Origin: Neolecta irregularis DAH-3
Taxonomy: Eukaryota
DNA length: 64,000 nucleotides
NCBI GenBank assembly: GCA_001929475.1
Contig: LXFE01000119.1
Span: forward strand, 1-64,000
Direction: 5' to 3'
A program made the position numbers and the translations under genes. Positions 10,331-24,358 of this stretch are shown one piece after another (within the stretch, counting starts at the first letter, position 1; each line of letters starts with the position of its first letter). The notes beneath the pieces are model-generated. The model was given only the letters and a program-made list of their open reading frames with translations, did no database searches and was not told the DNA's origin.

Positions 10331-12982
10331 ATGGCCGCAATTGCAGAGAAACCCTCCGGTCAGATGGCCCAATCGCCTATTATGGGTCCTTTGAGAATGC
10401 TAATTCTCATTCTTATTGCGGGTGTGTTCTCTAGTTAGATCGAGGGATTCATCTTGGTTCAGGAGCTGCCATTAGTTCGCGTTTGTTTTCGGTCATTCGA
10501 TTTGAGTCAATTATTCACGAGGTATGCTTTTGAAGCTTTTTCTCTGGTTAAAATCTAGTTCGATCCTTGGTTCAATTATAGAGCATCAATAAAGTTGGTT
10601 GAAGACGGCATCTATGTATTATCACACATTAACTCTACATTAGACTTATCAGAAAGGAATTTTGGAATTGGTTTGATGAACGCAGTTGGTATCCGCTCGG
10701 CAGAGTTGTGGGAGGGACATTGTATCCCGGGTTGATGGTCACGTCGGGTATCATTTACAATTTTCTTCAAAAGATCAACCTTCCCGTGGAGATTCGCAAT
10801 ATCTGTGTTATGCTGGCTCCTGGATTTTCAGGACTAACCGCTCTTGCAACATATTTCTTCACAACGGAAATGAAGAACGAGTCAGCTGGACTCTTGGCTG
10901 CTGCATTTGTAGGCATTGTTCCAGGTTTTCTTTCCCAGCTGATGATATCTCACTACTTCAAGGTTATATTTCTCGTTCAGTAGCTGGCTCCTACGATAAT
11001 GAAGCAATTGCAATCACTCTGCTCATGACGACCTTTTTCCTCTGGATCAAGGCACAAAAGACCGGATCAGTCCTTTGGTCAGCGGCGACCGCTTTATTCT
11101 ACTTCTACATGGCCGCCGCATGGGGAGGTTACGTTTTTATCACAAACATGATACCATTACATGTCTTCGTTCTTATCCTCATGGGCCGTTTCTCGAACCG
11201 AATTTACGTCGCATATTCAAGCTATTATACCCTTGGGACTTTGATGAGTATGCAGGTCCCTTTTGTTGGCTTCCAGCCGATTCGAACAAGCGAACATATG
11301 GCTGCAATGGGTACTTTCATGAATCAAGGTAACTTCTTTAATGATGAAAGGAATATTCGGACTTGTCCAAATCATTGCCTTCGTGGAACACATCCGTTCT
11401 CATGTACCCCAAAATCAGTTCAAATCACTTCTCCGCGCAGTTATCTTCATTTCTTTCATTCTTGCTTTTGGAGCATTGGTCACACTAACTCTTTCTGGGA
11501 TTATTGCTCCTTGGACTGGCCGATTTTATAGTCTTTGGGATACAGGCTATGCCAAAATCCACATACCTATCATTGCATCAGTTTCTGAACATCAGCCAAC
11601 GCCATGGCCAAGTTTCTTCTTCGATTTATCATTCTTGGTCTGGCTATTCCCTGTTGGCATTTATTTGTGTTTCCGGGAGTTGCGAGATGAACACGTATTC
11701 GTCATTTTGTATGCCGTTATGGCAAGTTACTTTTCCGGTATGACAACTTCCTTGAATCCAACTTATCTGAGGCGTTATGGTACGGTTGATGCTAGCTCTT
11801 ACTCCATGTGTCTGTGTTGCGGCTGCAATGGCTGTTAGCAACCTACTCGAAGTCTATCTCGACGCCAGTACTCCTGTCATCGAACCCGCAGAATCCATGC
11901 CAGAAACTGGTGTAGACACCGCCAAACAACATAAGCCCCGAATGTTCCGTCTCTTCAGAGGTCTAGGTTCTCAGGACAGGATTATAGGAATCTTCAATCC
12001 AATTGCTAAACTTGGCGTCGCCTCCACTTTCGGTCTTTTCCTTGTTCTATTCGTCTATCATTGTACCTGGGTCACTTCCAATGCGTACAGCGCACCATCT
12101 GTTGTCCTTGCCTCAAAAATGCCCGATGGAAGTCAACACATCATCGACGATTTCCGCGAGGCTTATTCTTGGCTACGGAAGAACACAGACTACGACGCGA
12201 GGATCATGAGCTGGTGGGATTACGGCTACCAAATCGCAGGAATGGCCGATCGAACTACATTGGTTGACAACAATACCTGGAATAACACACATATCGCTGT
12301 ACGTCTTTTATTTATGACGAATGTTAATAGGCAGACTGTAGGAAAAGCTATGGCTTCCAGCGAAGAAAAAGCATATCCTATTCTCCGACATCATGATGTG
12401 GACTATATTCTTGTAATTTTTGGAGGTTTATTGGGGTACTCTGGAGATGATATGAATAAGGTTTGTGCTCAGTCTTAAAGAAGTTGTCCAATTATCTAGT
12501 TTCTCTGGATGATAAGAATTTCTGAAGGTATCTGGCCAGATGAAGTAAACGAACGAAGTTTCTTCACGGCAACCGGCGAATATAAGATTGATGAAAAGGC
12601 TAGCGAGACGATGAAAAACAGTCTGCTGTACAAGATGTCTTATTACCGGTATCATATCATGGATTTGATACATATCTCTGATCTTTCAAGTTTTAGCGAA
12701 ATATTTAGAGGACAAGATTGTATCGATCGTGTCAGAAATCAAATAGTTCCGAAAGATGGCCCCAAACTAACCCATATCGAAGAGGGTACATGTTACTTGT
12801 GATACAATAAATGACATTTCGCAGCTTTCACTTCTGAAAACTGGATTGTGCGGATATATAAAGTCAAAGATCTGGATTCGTTGGGAAGAGAGCATTCTTC
12901 CGCTGTTGACTTTGAGCAAGGGAAGAAGAAAAGGAGAAGAAGCTTAAAAAAAGGTGCCAGAACGTTGAGAGTTGATATATAG
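10331..12982 (+). CDS. STT3: Oligosaccharyltransferase catalytic subunit
   Basis: [33 protein letters not shown] and [11 protein letters not shown]; 10 short introns. Confidence 0.98.
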
Positions 12983-13469
12983 AGTAGTTCTTGTATCTTC
13001 ATCTATATGATCATTGCTTTGTCAATCACAATTGACGTTCATAACAGAAATGCTTTGAAATTTGGCAAAGCTATCAAACACGTAACTATGGGTATATCCG
13101 CATGGCATACTATTACTGAAATGAATTGTTCCTACCTATCAAGTTAATTTCTGCTAGAATAGAAATAAAACTATCCCTTGAATAGACATAGAAGGTAAAG
13201 TTGCTATCTTTGGATCTATTTTCTTCCCGAATTTGCTCTTCGGTTCCACTTTGTTGCTTCGGACAAAATTACGCGCATCGAGGATTCGAGAATTAACGCC
13301 CGTTCCGCCTCCTTCTTCAGCCTGTGAAACTTACTGACACAAATCGCGAAAACCAAATCACCACTTTGTCTCTGCAACTTGTTTTCAACAGAGATCCAAT
13401 CGCGTCCAACTTTTAATTGCCAATCCATTTCAAGGGAAGGCAGTGTCGGATTTCAACTAACTCCACCTC

Positions 13470-14965
13470 ATGGCACTGGAGTACATTAGAACTCTACACC
13501 AATTGCTTTCTCATATCAACAAATGTATCTTAACAAAAGACGGCGAAGGGCTTTCGCGTGCTTTTCACCTTGGAGCACCACAATTTTCAGCTCCAATAGC
13601 ATATTCAGCCAGCGAAGCTTCCGGAGAACGAGAAATAAGATCCGACTTGAATGATAAATCCTGGACGGATCCTGTGCTTACATTGTGGAAGGCTATCGGC
13701 GCCTTGGGACGGGAAGAGAATTACATCAAAGTTTTAGATGAACTGAGTATTTTGTTACAGTTTATCCCTTCCTGCTTCAAACCATTGAAGCTGATCAACA
13801 AGACAAGTACTGCGAGGATTTATGGTTTGGGACGCTTGGGCTTTACACGTTCTTTATGTTGTTTGCAAAGATCTGAGACGGTTTGCATTGATTGTGCTTT
13901 CCCGTTGTCAAAGCCGATGTAACTGACTTTGTGAGGTAGATCGACAACTTCAGAAATCTGGAAAGAAGGCTGAACGGCTCGAGGAAGCAGCTAGAGCCAT
14001 CAATAAAGCCTTCACTCTTTGCATTACGGATCGGTACGTTTCTAATGAAGCCCGGACTTACGCTATAGAGCGCCCATGGAAGAATCAAGGAAATGGGGAT
14101 CATTGTGTATTGCTGGAATTCTGTTCAAAATTTACTTCAAGGTATCTGCAGAAATTACTCGCTCATTAATTCGTAGCTGAATCGGCTTCCGCTATGTAAA
14201 AATTTGCAGCGGAGTATGACCGTGTCGGATATTCCTCCGCTAGAGTATTTTCCCAAGGCACATGTAGTAACATATCGATACTACACAGGCGTTTTGTATT
14301 TTCTGAACGAAGAGTATAGAAAGGTGCAAGTCTTTGACTATTAAAGATTAACGAGACAGTCTGAAGAAGAATTGATGGCAGCATTGTATCAGTGCCATCC
14401 AGAGTCACTGCGTAATCAGGAGTACGCAATGCTTGACTTAATCCGAGATACTCATATTGACAGGTTGATACTGACTTATCTAATTCCTACTCTCCTCGTC
14501 ACATCCCACAGTAGACCTAAACCAGCTCTCTTGAGCCGCTTTCCGAATCTTGAACGACTCTACTCGCCCATAGCAACAGCTCTACGTTCAGGAAACCTCC
14601 GGGAATACGATCTGGCCCTGGTCGCCGGCGAAACTGAATTCATTACACGAAGAACGTATCTTACCGTCGAACGTGCACGAGTTTTGGCAGTTCGAAATCT
14701 TTTTCGACGGACATGGCTATTGTCTGATACAAATACCAGGCTAAGTATTGAAACTTTCCGGGTGGCTTTACAGGTGTCTGGGATTAGTGTCGATTTGGAA
14801 GAAGTGGAGTGTATGTTGGCCAATATGATTTATAAGGTATCTCCATGATCTGAAAATGCTGCTAATAATCAGGGATATGTAAAAGGTTATATTTCCCAAG
14901 AACGCAGTATGGTTGTCCTTAGTGCAAAGGAGGCTTTTCCCTCGGTCGTTCCTGGATTCCCCTAA
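13470..14965 (+). CDS. PCI-domain protein, Csn12/PCID2(Thp1) family
   Basis: CITDRAPMEESRKWG, TYRYYTG and EVECMLANMIYKGYVKGYISQE; 7 introns. Confidence 0.9.
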
Positions 14966-15117
14966 GTTTGATAAATCGTTTATAACACTCAAAGAGTCTG
15001 GCGAACTTTCGGGTACTTTTTCGCTGTTTCTCCTCTGGTTACTGATGCAAAAACTGTAGGAACAAATCGATCTTTGGACGTGAATAATATAGAGATGGGG
15101 CCGTAGGTCATGTTACT

Positions 15118-17288
15118 TCAATTGTTGTCCTCTTCATCATCATCATCATGCTCTTCATCCAAGTCCGTCTCGTCTTCAGTTTCCACTTGATCATGATTTG
15201 AGTCATGCTCATCTTTCAAGGCCTCCCTAAGGAGTCGACGCTTCTCCTCTTTAATTTCCCTTTGAACAGCAACCCATTTTCCCAAAGGAAGTTTGTCAAT
15301 ATCTACACCCTCTAAAAATCTCTCTACTTCACTCACCTTTTCTGGAGAAAACTCAACTTTTGAGCGTTTGCCTTCAATGTATGTGGAATGTAATTCCAAC
15401 TTCTCGACAATAGTGAGAAGAAATTTGTTGAGTTTCACATTCTTGCTTTTTTTCACGTATCGTTTTAATTGTACAATGGTAGGAATGACAAGCTCTGGGA
15501 ACGCGATACTCTTGGATAAAAGATAATAAAACTCTCCGAAGAGCTCAATGACTTGGTCGACGAGCCCATCTTGATAAACTCTCCCGCAGAGATATGCGTT
15601 CGGTGCACGAACAGCGATTTCAAAATCAAGCGGTTTCTGAGTTGAGGGCTTTGCCTTTTTACGTATTTCGGAGGAGTTAATAATTTCAAAGAGGTGCGGA
15701 GTTAGTGGAATATAGGTCCCCGTTGCTTTTGAGATTCGAAGAAGTAATCGGATGAGGTGGAACTGAAGAGGAAAGAATTGCGGTGTGGGTCGTAATCTGA
15801 ATGTTTAGCAAAAGATATCTTGACGGTGTACATACCGAATTGCTCCGAGGGTAATTTGAACAAGCGGATAAATCAAGGGCTTCAGAAGACTTTCTCTCCC
15901 AGCTTTCTGCTCGCGTTCACAATGCATTGACAAAACGGTTGACCAGAAATCCAAGCTATGCACATACTGCCAGTTATACACAGCTTTATGCGATTCCTGT
16001 TATCAGCTTGACTTCAAACAGAACCTCATACTTTTGTTTTGTTATGTATACTTCCACGAAGATGAATGGCAAGTTGTCGGATATAGCCAAACGCAACTGT
16101 ATAGGCTGAACTCTGATCTATTCCAAACAGTTCAGAAGCAGAGTTTTTGGTAAGAGTAATTTGAGGAAGCGAATGAACTGTTGTATGTTTTGATTGCTTT
16201 ACGAGGGCGGTATATGACAACTTTCTGTCACTTTTGTAAACTGGAAAGAGGAATACCTTCATACAAGAATCTCGCACACCAGAGTCTCCAACGCTACTCA
16301 ATTTCCGGGTTACCAGGAACGAGGAAATTCGAACAGAATCGTGAGGTGATGTACTCCACAGATCCAAAATGGTCTTGACGAAAGTTCTGAGGAATTTTCT
16401 GAATGAGAGCATATAGGGCACCAGCTTTTCTGATTCAGACAACACTAATTTGATGGTTATTGGGTCGGTAAGTGTCGGAAGAAGATGAAGGATCGACGAG
16501 AAGTGAGACTTGAGAACTGGCGAGAGGGCTTTGAATTTGGCCGAATCGGTCGGAACTCGCCTTATTCGTAAGTATCAAAAAAGAAGATATGGATACCCTG
16601 TCTTTTGAGAAGGTGGAAGATGGTGAATAACTGATTCTGGTATCTGGACCAGGGATAGCATTAAAATTTGGTTGAATACTACACTGTCAGCCTGGTATGA
16701 TATGAGAATAGTGGCACCTTCAGGATCATCTATTTGGTACTTGTGTATATTCTCCTCGGTTTCATTGAGATGGACGGCTGCTTTGAATGCGACAGCAACT
16801 TTTTTCATCGTTTTGATCGAGTGATCTTTGACAAGTAATGATCTCCACCGCTCAATTTGTTCCAGTGAGAGTAATTCTTGAGATATTTTTGTATTATCTG
16901 GTTTGGCTTTATGGTGTAGGGGTTCATCTTCACTGCTGTCTCCAATTTCAACTTCGGGGTCTTCTTCGTCTTCATTGTTTCCAAAATTCAAAAGATCTTC
17001 CTCGTTGTCTTTCAAAAATTGATAAAACTCAGGATCTTTTTTCTGTAATCTACCAAGCTGTTGCTTGTGATCTTGAGCCAGATTCTCGATTTCATCGTCC
17101 GACTCAAGGGTAGTGCCTTGCACTGGGTTGGCTTTGACCGGTTGCTCATCTACTTTTATTGATCTTGTTGACTTTTTGTCATGCGCTCGATGGGTTTGCT
17201 TTGTTTTCTTGATAGCTTTCCGCCGTTCAAGAGCTTTTGGAAGTTTATTCTTCTGAAACTTTTTCGTCGCTTTTGCCGGTCTTCCCAT
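15118..17288 (-). CDS. NOC2: Nucleolar complex protein 2
   Basis: MGRPAKATKKF, LQKKDPEFYQFL, AFGYIRQLAIHLR and AVYNWQY; 5 introns. Confidence 0.95.
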
Positions 17289-17532
17289 TGAAAATCGGAG
17301 AAAATATTACTCTATTGGTAATCTGGGAGCGGCAGTCTCGTGAAATTTTCCCTCACAGCATGAATTTTTCCAACCCATAAGAATTCACAAAACACAACCG
17401 CTGTACATATATATACTGTAAAGTTCACTTTAGAGTAGATGACCATAAGATAATGCATAATTATCTATGCGAGCAAACTGAGAAATGCTCGTCGTATTTC
17501 GCAATCGCCAACTGCTCCTCTGCCGATCTGCG

Positions 17533-18464
17533 ATGTCCAACTTGTCGGTGGTAAGCACACCAGTCGTGACATTGTCTGATAAACACAGGGACCGCTTTAT
17601 GCCAGTGTAGTTGAGGTGCGGTATACCAGAAATCTACCTCGTTAATTATCTCAGGATGTAATCGCTTCGTCTCGACCCGATTTCGAAGAGTTTGGTGTTG
17701 ATGAACAAACTCTGCTGGATTTGAAATCCGTATAATCAGCTTCGCTTTTATAATTCTGATATTCAGATCTGGGAGAAAAAGCTTACAGATTCGGATGTTG
17801 CATCATTTCCCTGGTCCGAAGCTTCTTCCCCTCCGCCCCGCAAACCCGAACCCATAATCGCAAATACCGCAATGGCCGCCATGCGTGCAGCGGCCCACGT
17901 CGAACAGTTTGCAAAGCAGAATGGGAGTCAGTACACTACTGGAGCAAGCGAAAGCGTCGCTGGATTAACTGCGTACGCCCATCAACAGGCGCAGCAGCAA
18001 CATCACAATTACCCCAGTTTAATGTTACCCGGCGGCTTAAATTTTCCTGGGAATAGTGCTCGGAATATCCCCCAGAGTGACGGAGCTAGTGATATCTTCG
18101 ATTTACTATCAAAAAGGGTACTCTTGTATCACAGTTTTATTTTGACTCGTAGCAGCAAATCGACTCGATCATTAGCCACAGATATTCCCAACAATCGAAT
18201 TTTGGCGATCCTGACAAGGTCATACCCCAATTAGACGGCTTAGACGATGAAGAAATAAATAGCGATCTAGATGACCCGGACGAAGAGGAGGAAGATAATG
18301 ACGAAGGCGAGGACGGAGACGATAAATCTAAACTTATGCTATGTTTATATGACAAAGTTCAGCGTACCAAGAATAAATGGAAATGCGTTCTCAAAGATGG
18401 AATTGTTACTGCGGATGGAAAAGATTACGTGTTTCATAGGGCGAATGGAGAATTCGAATGGTGA
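17533..18464 (+). CDS. TOA1: TFIIA large subunit
   Basis: N-terminal DFEEFGVDEQTLLDLK..WEKKL; C-terminal LMLCLYDKVQRTKNKWKCVLKDG...GEFEW*; 4 introns. Confidence 0.95.
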
Positions 18465-18646
18465 GCTATTCGGCTCTTGTTATGGATCTTATCAGCTTGT
18501 GTATATATTACCCGGTATCATATGTGTCTGAAACTGAATGATTATACGTTTATCATAGATCACAAGGCTGTCTGGAAGATAGGGTGTCGATACTTTTGAC
18601 GCAGAGACACAAGGGCTTCTATAAAATTGTACAAATGTATCTATAT

Positions 18647-20342
18647 CTAAGCAGACTCTGAAGTGTTTGTAGACTTCTTTTCGATATGACAGTTATCGTT
18701 CTTATCCCCACTCACGATATTCGCAGCGGCTGTAATCATTAATGTACCATCACTTCTTGTCCAAATTTCTCCTGCATTTTGTTTCTTGGACGTCTCCGGA
18801 ACAAACAACGCAAATAGGACGAATATCTGGCAAGTTTTAGCTAACGAAGAAAGGAAAAACATACCATAACCCCAATAACGACGAAGATAATGAAGACATA
18901 TCCACCAAGCTTTTCTCGAAGGGGAGGGAAAATGTATGCCTATATGAATTAGCACTTGAATTGAATTGCCTTGACATACAATGACAAACGTAGCCAACAA
19001 ATTCACGGCAACTCCAAAGCTCGGCGCGATGTTCCCAACAACTGCAGCCCCATTAACAACTTCAACAGCCATAGGAAATGGCATAGGTCCGAGTCCAACT
19101 CCAAAAGACGCAACAAATGCAACAGCAGCAATGGCGGTTAATGCTCCAATTCCCTTGACAATGCCGAAGCACATCAATGCGGAGCAAGCGGTCATGCCAA
19201 AGACACTGTGTAGCAACGGTATCTTCCTCCCAATACGATTAGAGAACAATGCCATTAAAAGCGTGGCAAAGAGATTGACAATCGAGATTATGACGCTGAG
19301 ATATTTTGAAAAAGAGCCGAGAAGACCGTTGAGTGTTGTTGTACTATAGAAAATTACGACGTTGATTCCACAGAGTTGCTGGCCCAACATCAAGAGTGAG
19401 ATCACCGCGAATGCTTTTCTCCAATCGTAGACTGCATGCCAGATGTCCTCAAGAGAGGGTCGAGGTTTTATAGAGTTATTTCCAGACGCTATTACGTTAG
19501 AAAGGAGCGAATAAGAAAAGAATATACCATCCCATGCGTCGATTACGCTGCTGGCTTCCTGGTGGTCTAGGAAAACTTTGAGAGTTTGTTCGGCTTTCTT
19601 TTTGCTACCTGTCTCATAGTAATACAGAGGACTTTCGATCGCCCAGATAAGGAGAATTGATTGAGTCAGTTGTATGAACCCACCGAGGGAAAAGATAATT
19701 CGCCATCCAGGCACATTGGAAAGCCCCAATGCCAAAGCTTGGGTGAAGAGAATACCAAGGACACAGGATAACTGAGGGACAAGACCTTAATTTGAGCATT
19801 ATCCATGATCAGAGACATACCAACTGGACCGGTCCATTTCTTTGGAGTAATCTCGGACAAATATTGCGGGACAATGGCCATTGCCTGATTATCAACAATA
19901 ATGTCTTGAGGAAAACATACCAAACCGCTTTGGACACCGGAGATCAATCTTCCGGTAGTCAACATCCCCGGGTTGATTGCAAGGGCCATAAGCAATGGTC
20001 CAAGGATACCGGGAATTGTATTAAACAGCAGTGTGGTCTTTCGACCCATTCGAACGAGACACGGACCCATGAGGGCTCCCAACAATCCTCCAATTGCAAA
20101 GATTGCCGTTGCAAATGCATAGGAACTTGTTGTCATTGAGACACATGAAGGTAGAATTCCCGAAATTGGAGATTCGGTTCGACAAGATACAACATTTTCT
20201 GGACTGTTCATTTCACCCTTTCAAGTTGTCAATAATTATCATCTTAATGTATGTGATATACCAGATGAAGGCCAAACTGGAATGAACCCAGAGCAATTGC
20301 AAAGGCGTTGTACGAGATGTATAAACTTGCTTTAGACAACAT
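18647..20342 (-). CDS. MFS sugar-porter family transporter (Vps73/YBR241C-like)
   Basis: LGSFQFG, GRK loops, YLSEITP, ESP, QQLCGINVVIFYS, GLGPMPF and VPET motifs; 6 introns. Confidence 0.9.
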
Positions 20343-21338
20343 GATATGATAGAATGTTGACCAAGTAGAAGAATAGAACAGAAAGTGGAGGAATTTCCCT
20401 TCTAATAGAAATTCAGAGGTAGTGTTGCCTGCATCTTTGCTAGCGATAACTGGTAGTGTACCTTCGAGACTGACCCTTGATTGATCCCACCGTCTTGATA
20501 AGGCGCTTGAAATGAGATATAGGGAGAGGATACCAGCTGAAAGAATATCTTTTGAGACCGTTTATTCCTTGAATCTCAATGATTGAGGGACTGAAGACTT
20601 GATAGAGTCTTTGGCTGCCAGTAGAAGAATGCTTGTCTATGACGCCATCGATTATGCAACGAAGATGGCGCATAACGAAGCAGGTAGTCGCGCTTCAGCG
20701 TGTGTCACACGCATAATATAGCTATGTTCTATAGCAGTTCGTTCGGTTTGACATATCGTCGAGTAGTGACCACGGTCGTATAATTTTCCAAGACAGAGTT
20801 GCCAAGACTTGATGAAGGAAAACATTTATACAATTGGACGAAGTACAGAGAAGAAAGAGGGCTCTTCCTATAGCAGCCAGTGACGGAGCTCGTCGTTGCC
20901 GATGGGAAATAAAAAAAGGACGGAAAGTAAGGGGGTGAGAAGTAGCTTTTGTTGGCGTAGCTACACTTCCCAATGACTCTACATTCGCCCGGTCTCAAAA
21001 CAGTCAACTCAGAGGGAATTAAATGACAGTAAATATTTATATTGCATACTCAATCTGATAAACCTTCCTCAAGTTTTCAACTCAAGGCAATTCTGGTTGC
21101 AAATTATAGTACTAGCGCAATTTCTTCTACTGTTCAGTCTTATTAGAAATTTGTATATTACAAAGTAACCAACAACCTTCGAAAGTAGACAGAATGCGTG
21201 AGATTACCATCAAAGTTGTGATCTATAACACGGGATATACAGAATTCCAATATGCATGAGAACCGTCAAACAGACTTTTGAAATACACAAAACGAAATAC
21301 ATTCATAAAAAAGCACGACTTTACAAAACTGGACAATA

Positions 21339-24261
21339 TCAAGCAACGGAGGTGATCATCGCCATTGGATAATCCTCATCCGGATGAACTATTTGATAAT
21401 TAAATCTAGGCGGACCAGAAATAAGTAGAGACATTTCAGCAAACATAGAGTCCAATGAAGCCATTGCATATGGTGGATTCTCATATAACGATGATAATCG
21501 ATCGACATTAATAACAGTATTTCGAGAGTCATCTTCGAATGGAGTGTTTACCGCGGCTTTAGATATGCTGGAGCCGTAGATAGCTGATAACCCTTTTGTG
21601 CGTATTTTTGATGATTTGCAAGGGGTGTCTGGAAGCAGGGATGAAGATGTTGGGATGATGGAAGTTATTTGTGCAGAAGCGGTGATTGCTAGAAACGAAG
21701 ACGATGCGAGCGATTGCATGCACAGGACAGCGGTAACCGGTGAGTCGAAAACATGAGTGAACGCCGGTTTCGAGGACTCTATATCGAAAAGAACAACTTT
21801 ATATTCTAAAGTTAGTTTTGGTGAAAAAAGAAGAGTGGGTACTTGAATCTTTAGTTACTTGAGAAACTGCAAACCAATTTCTTAGAGTGTCAATAGCGAG
21901 GTTTTGGACATTGGCAAGGACTTGAAATATGATGTTTCCTGAAATCAAGTCAAATATATGTAACCCCTGAACCGAAAGGACAACTAGTTTTGTTCCTACA
22001 AACCCGATTTCGCGGATTGACTTGGATAGGTGAAAGACGCGTTGCACATTTCCTGTTTCTGCGTTTACAACAACTGCAGAATTCATTATTCCGAAAGCGA
22101 GGAGACTTGTATCTATGCACCAAGCTATGCAACTTGCATGTCGTTCATTAATGAGAGCTCGACGACCGTATCCGATTACACGACGACAACTCCAACAAAT
22201 TTCTTTTTCGATTCCCGATTTTTCTTGTTTTGTCTTGGGTTTCCAAATTTTTAAAAGGCCATCTGCGCCGACGGTTGCAAAGCCATGGTTTGTAGGACAT
22301 GGAATGACTTGATGTACTTTTCCATCTGTTCCATGAGGCGAATCAACTCGTGTATTTTGATTCCATTCATTCTTCTCTGTAGACCATTGCCAAAACTTGA
22401 GAAATGATTCGAGGTGCCCTGGTTGGTGTGTAGGTACCCATTCATCAACCGTGGCCATCCATTTCCCATCCGAAGAAATAGAGACGTGAGTTACACTCGG
22501 TTCAACGATTTTCAACCCAGATATCCCGCTTCTTCCTGCTCTCGTAGCTTTCGAAACTTGGAGACAGTAGACAGTCTGATCTAGGAACGGGTCAAATGCT
22601 TGGATATGTGTAGTCGATGACCCTGGTTCGATTCGGGAGGCAATGACAACGTGGTTTGACATGGGATGTATACATGCCGGAGTCCTTTCGGCTTTCATCG
22701 AAGCTTGTATTCCAGTGATTTCTTTAACTAATTTCAATCCCATCGCATTGATAATTTTAACAGTATTGTCGATCAACTGCACTGCGTAGAGTGTACTATT
22801 CAAGTTGACAGATATAGAAATGATATCTGTGCCCACACGCGGTAGAAATCGTCGATACCCGGAATCCATCTGCCACAAGACTAGAGTACTTTCATCGCCC
22901 CCAGATAGTAAATAACTGCCTGTTTTGTTAGAATTGTTTGTTGACAACGAGATACCATCTAGAGCCCATTCAATATCCCCGATTTCGCGAGCATGCCAAT
23001 GAAGGTTTCGGGAATATGCGTCTCCGCCATTGAATACATTGTGCCAAATATGAATTTTCCCATTGGCGTCGCTGATGGCTACGACTTGGTCTGCCACTGA
23101 CACTTTGCGAAATGCAGCGTTTTGTCGGGTGTTTGGTAATTTGAAATCGAGCCATTGTCGTTGTTTATCCGTCGAGTGGATGGGACTGACTGATAATTTG
23201 GCAGTCGTGATTAAAGCTATATGGGAATGCGAGACGTCAAAGTCTGTAAGCTGGTCGCAGTCTATAATTTTCTGGGATCTGTGGACTGAGAGAAATTGTT
23301 TTTTGGGGCTGACTGATGAGAGAAGGGTGTCTGTCAAAGATACTGACAAGAGTCGAGTTACAGATCTATGGGGTTGGGCTCGAGATGATTCTTCTTTCCG
23401 GCGTTTTTGAACAGTGAGTGTAAGATGGACTAGTCGATTATCATTCTTGTCAAATTTGGCGTCTCTGATGGGCCAGGATAAGTCGAATTTCCGTATTATA
23501 TCGCCAGTCCGCCAGTTCCATAGGATGATGTGACTGTCTTGAGAGAATGTAAAAGTTTCGTCTGCGTTTTCGGGATTCAATTTGAGGGCTGTGATGTTTT
23601 TGAGATGGCCAAGGGTATCGAGACCTAGAATCCGCACGACCAGTCCAGTTTGCACAGAGTATACTTTAACTTTTGGCCCAGTCGCTATTAGAATGAATCT
23701 ACTGTTTAGTATTGGAAATTATATAAAGAAGCACTCGTTGTCTGTTGAAAAAACAGGTTTTAATCGATTAAAGGTTCCTCCAACAACTCTATCGATGGAC
23801 CATGAAACAGGCAATTTTACAAGATTCTTTGGTTTTTTAGGATTTTTGTCTTGAGGAGTTGGGGATGATGTGGATTGGGAGTCTACGGGATTGTCTAGAT
23901 TGCCGTTGAGGGGGGAAGTGATGGCGGGTATATGTTGATCTGAATGTTTTTTGCCTCGGTTTCTCGGTTTCTTTGGACGAACAGATTGATCGTTTGACGT
24001 TTCTGCAGCGACGATTCCAGTGGAGTTTGATTCAATTTCTTTCTGAGGGTTTGATTCCATTTTGTTCTGTGGTTTTAATTTTTTCATTTTTCGCTGTGGT
24101 GTGGATATCACCATCTTTCCCTGTGGTTTTGATGTTTTTCGCAGCGCTTCTGCTATTTCCATTTCTCCCTCTGGTTCTGATGTTTTTATTTTTTCCTCTT
24201 GTTCTTGTATTTCCATTTTTCTCTCTGATATTTCCACTTTTTCCTCTTGTTTTGATTTCAT
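21339..24261 (-). CDS. UTP17: U3 snoRNP / UtpA WD40 protein (WDR75) with repeat-expanded N-terminus
   Basis: LHWH, YLLSGGDESTLVLWQ, FLPRVG, WMATVDEW, LKFW and TRVDSPH; 3 introns. Start codon inferred. Confidence 0.9.
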
Positions 24262-24358
24262 TTGAAGAAAAATAAGAGGAATGTTTTTTTTGGGTGTAAT
24301 GTGACCGAAAAGAGATAGAGTCAACTACGACTCCACTCTTAGATTTTTCTTTCCCGCG

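Noticed and set aside
17335-17375. tgaaatttt / tgaattttt as RRPE-like motifs upstream of NOC2
   Set aside because: Short AT-rich partial matches, not clearly repeated at UTP17 or MPP10.
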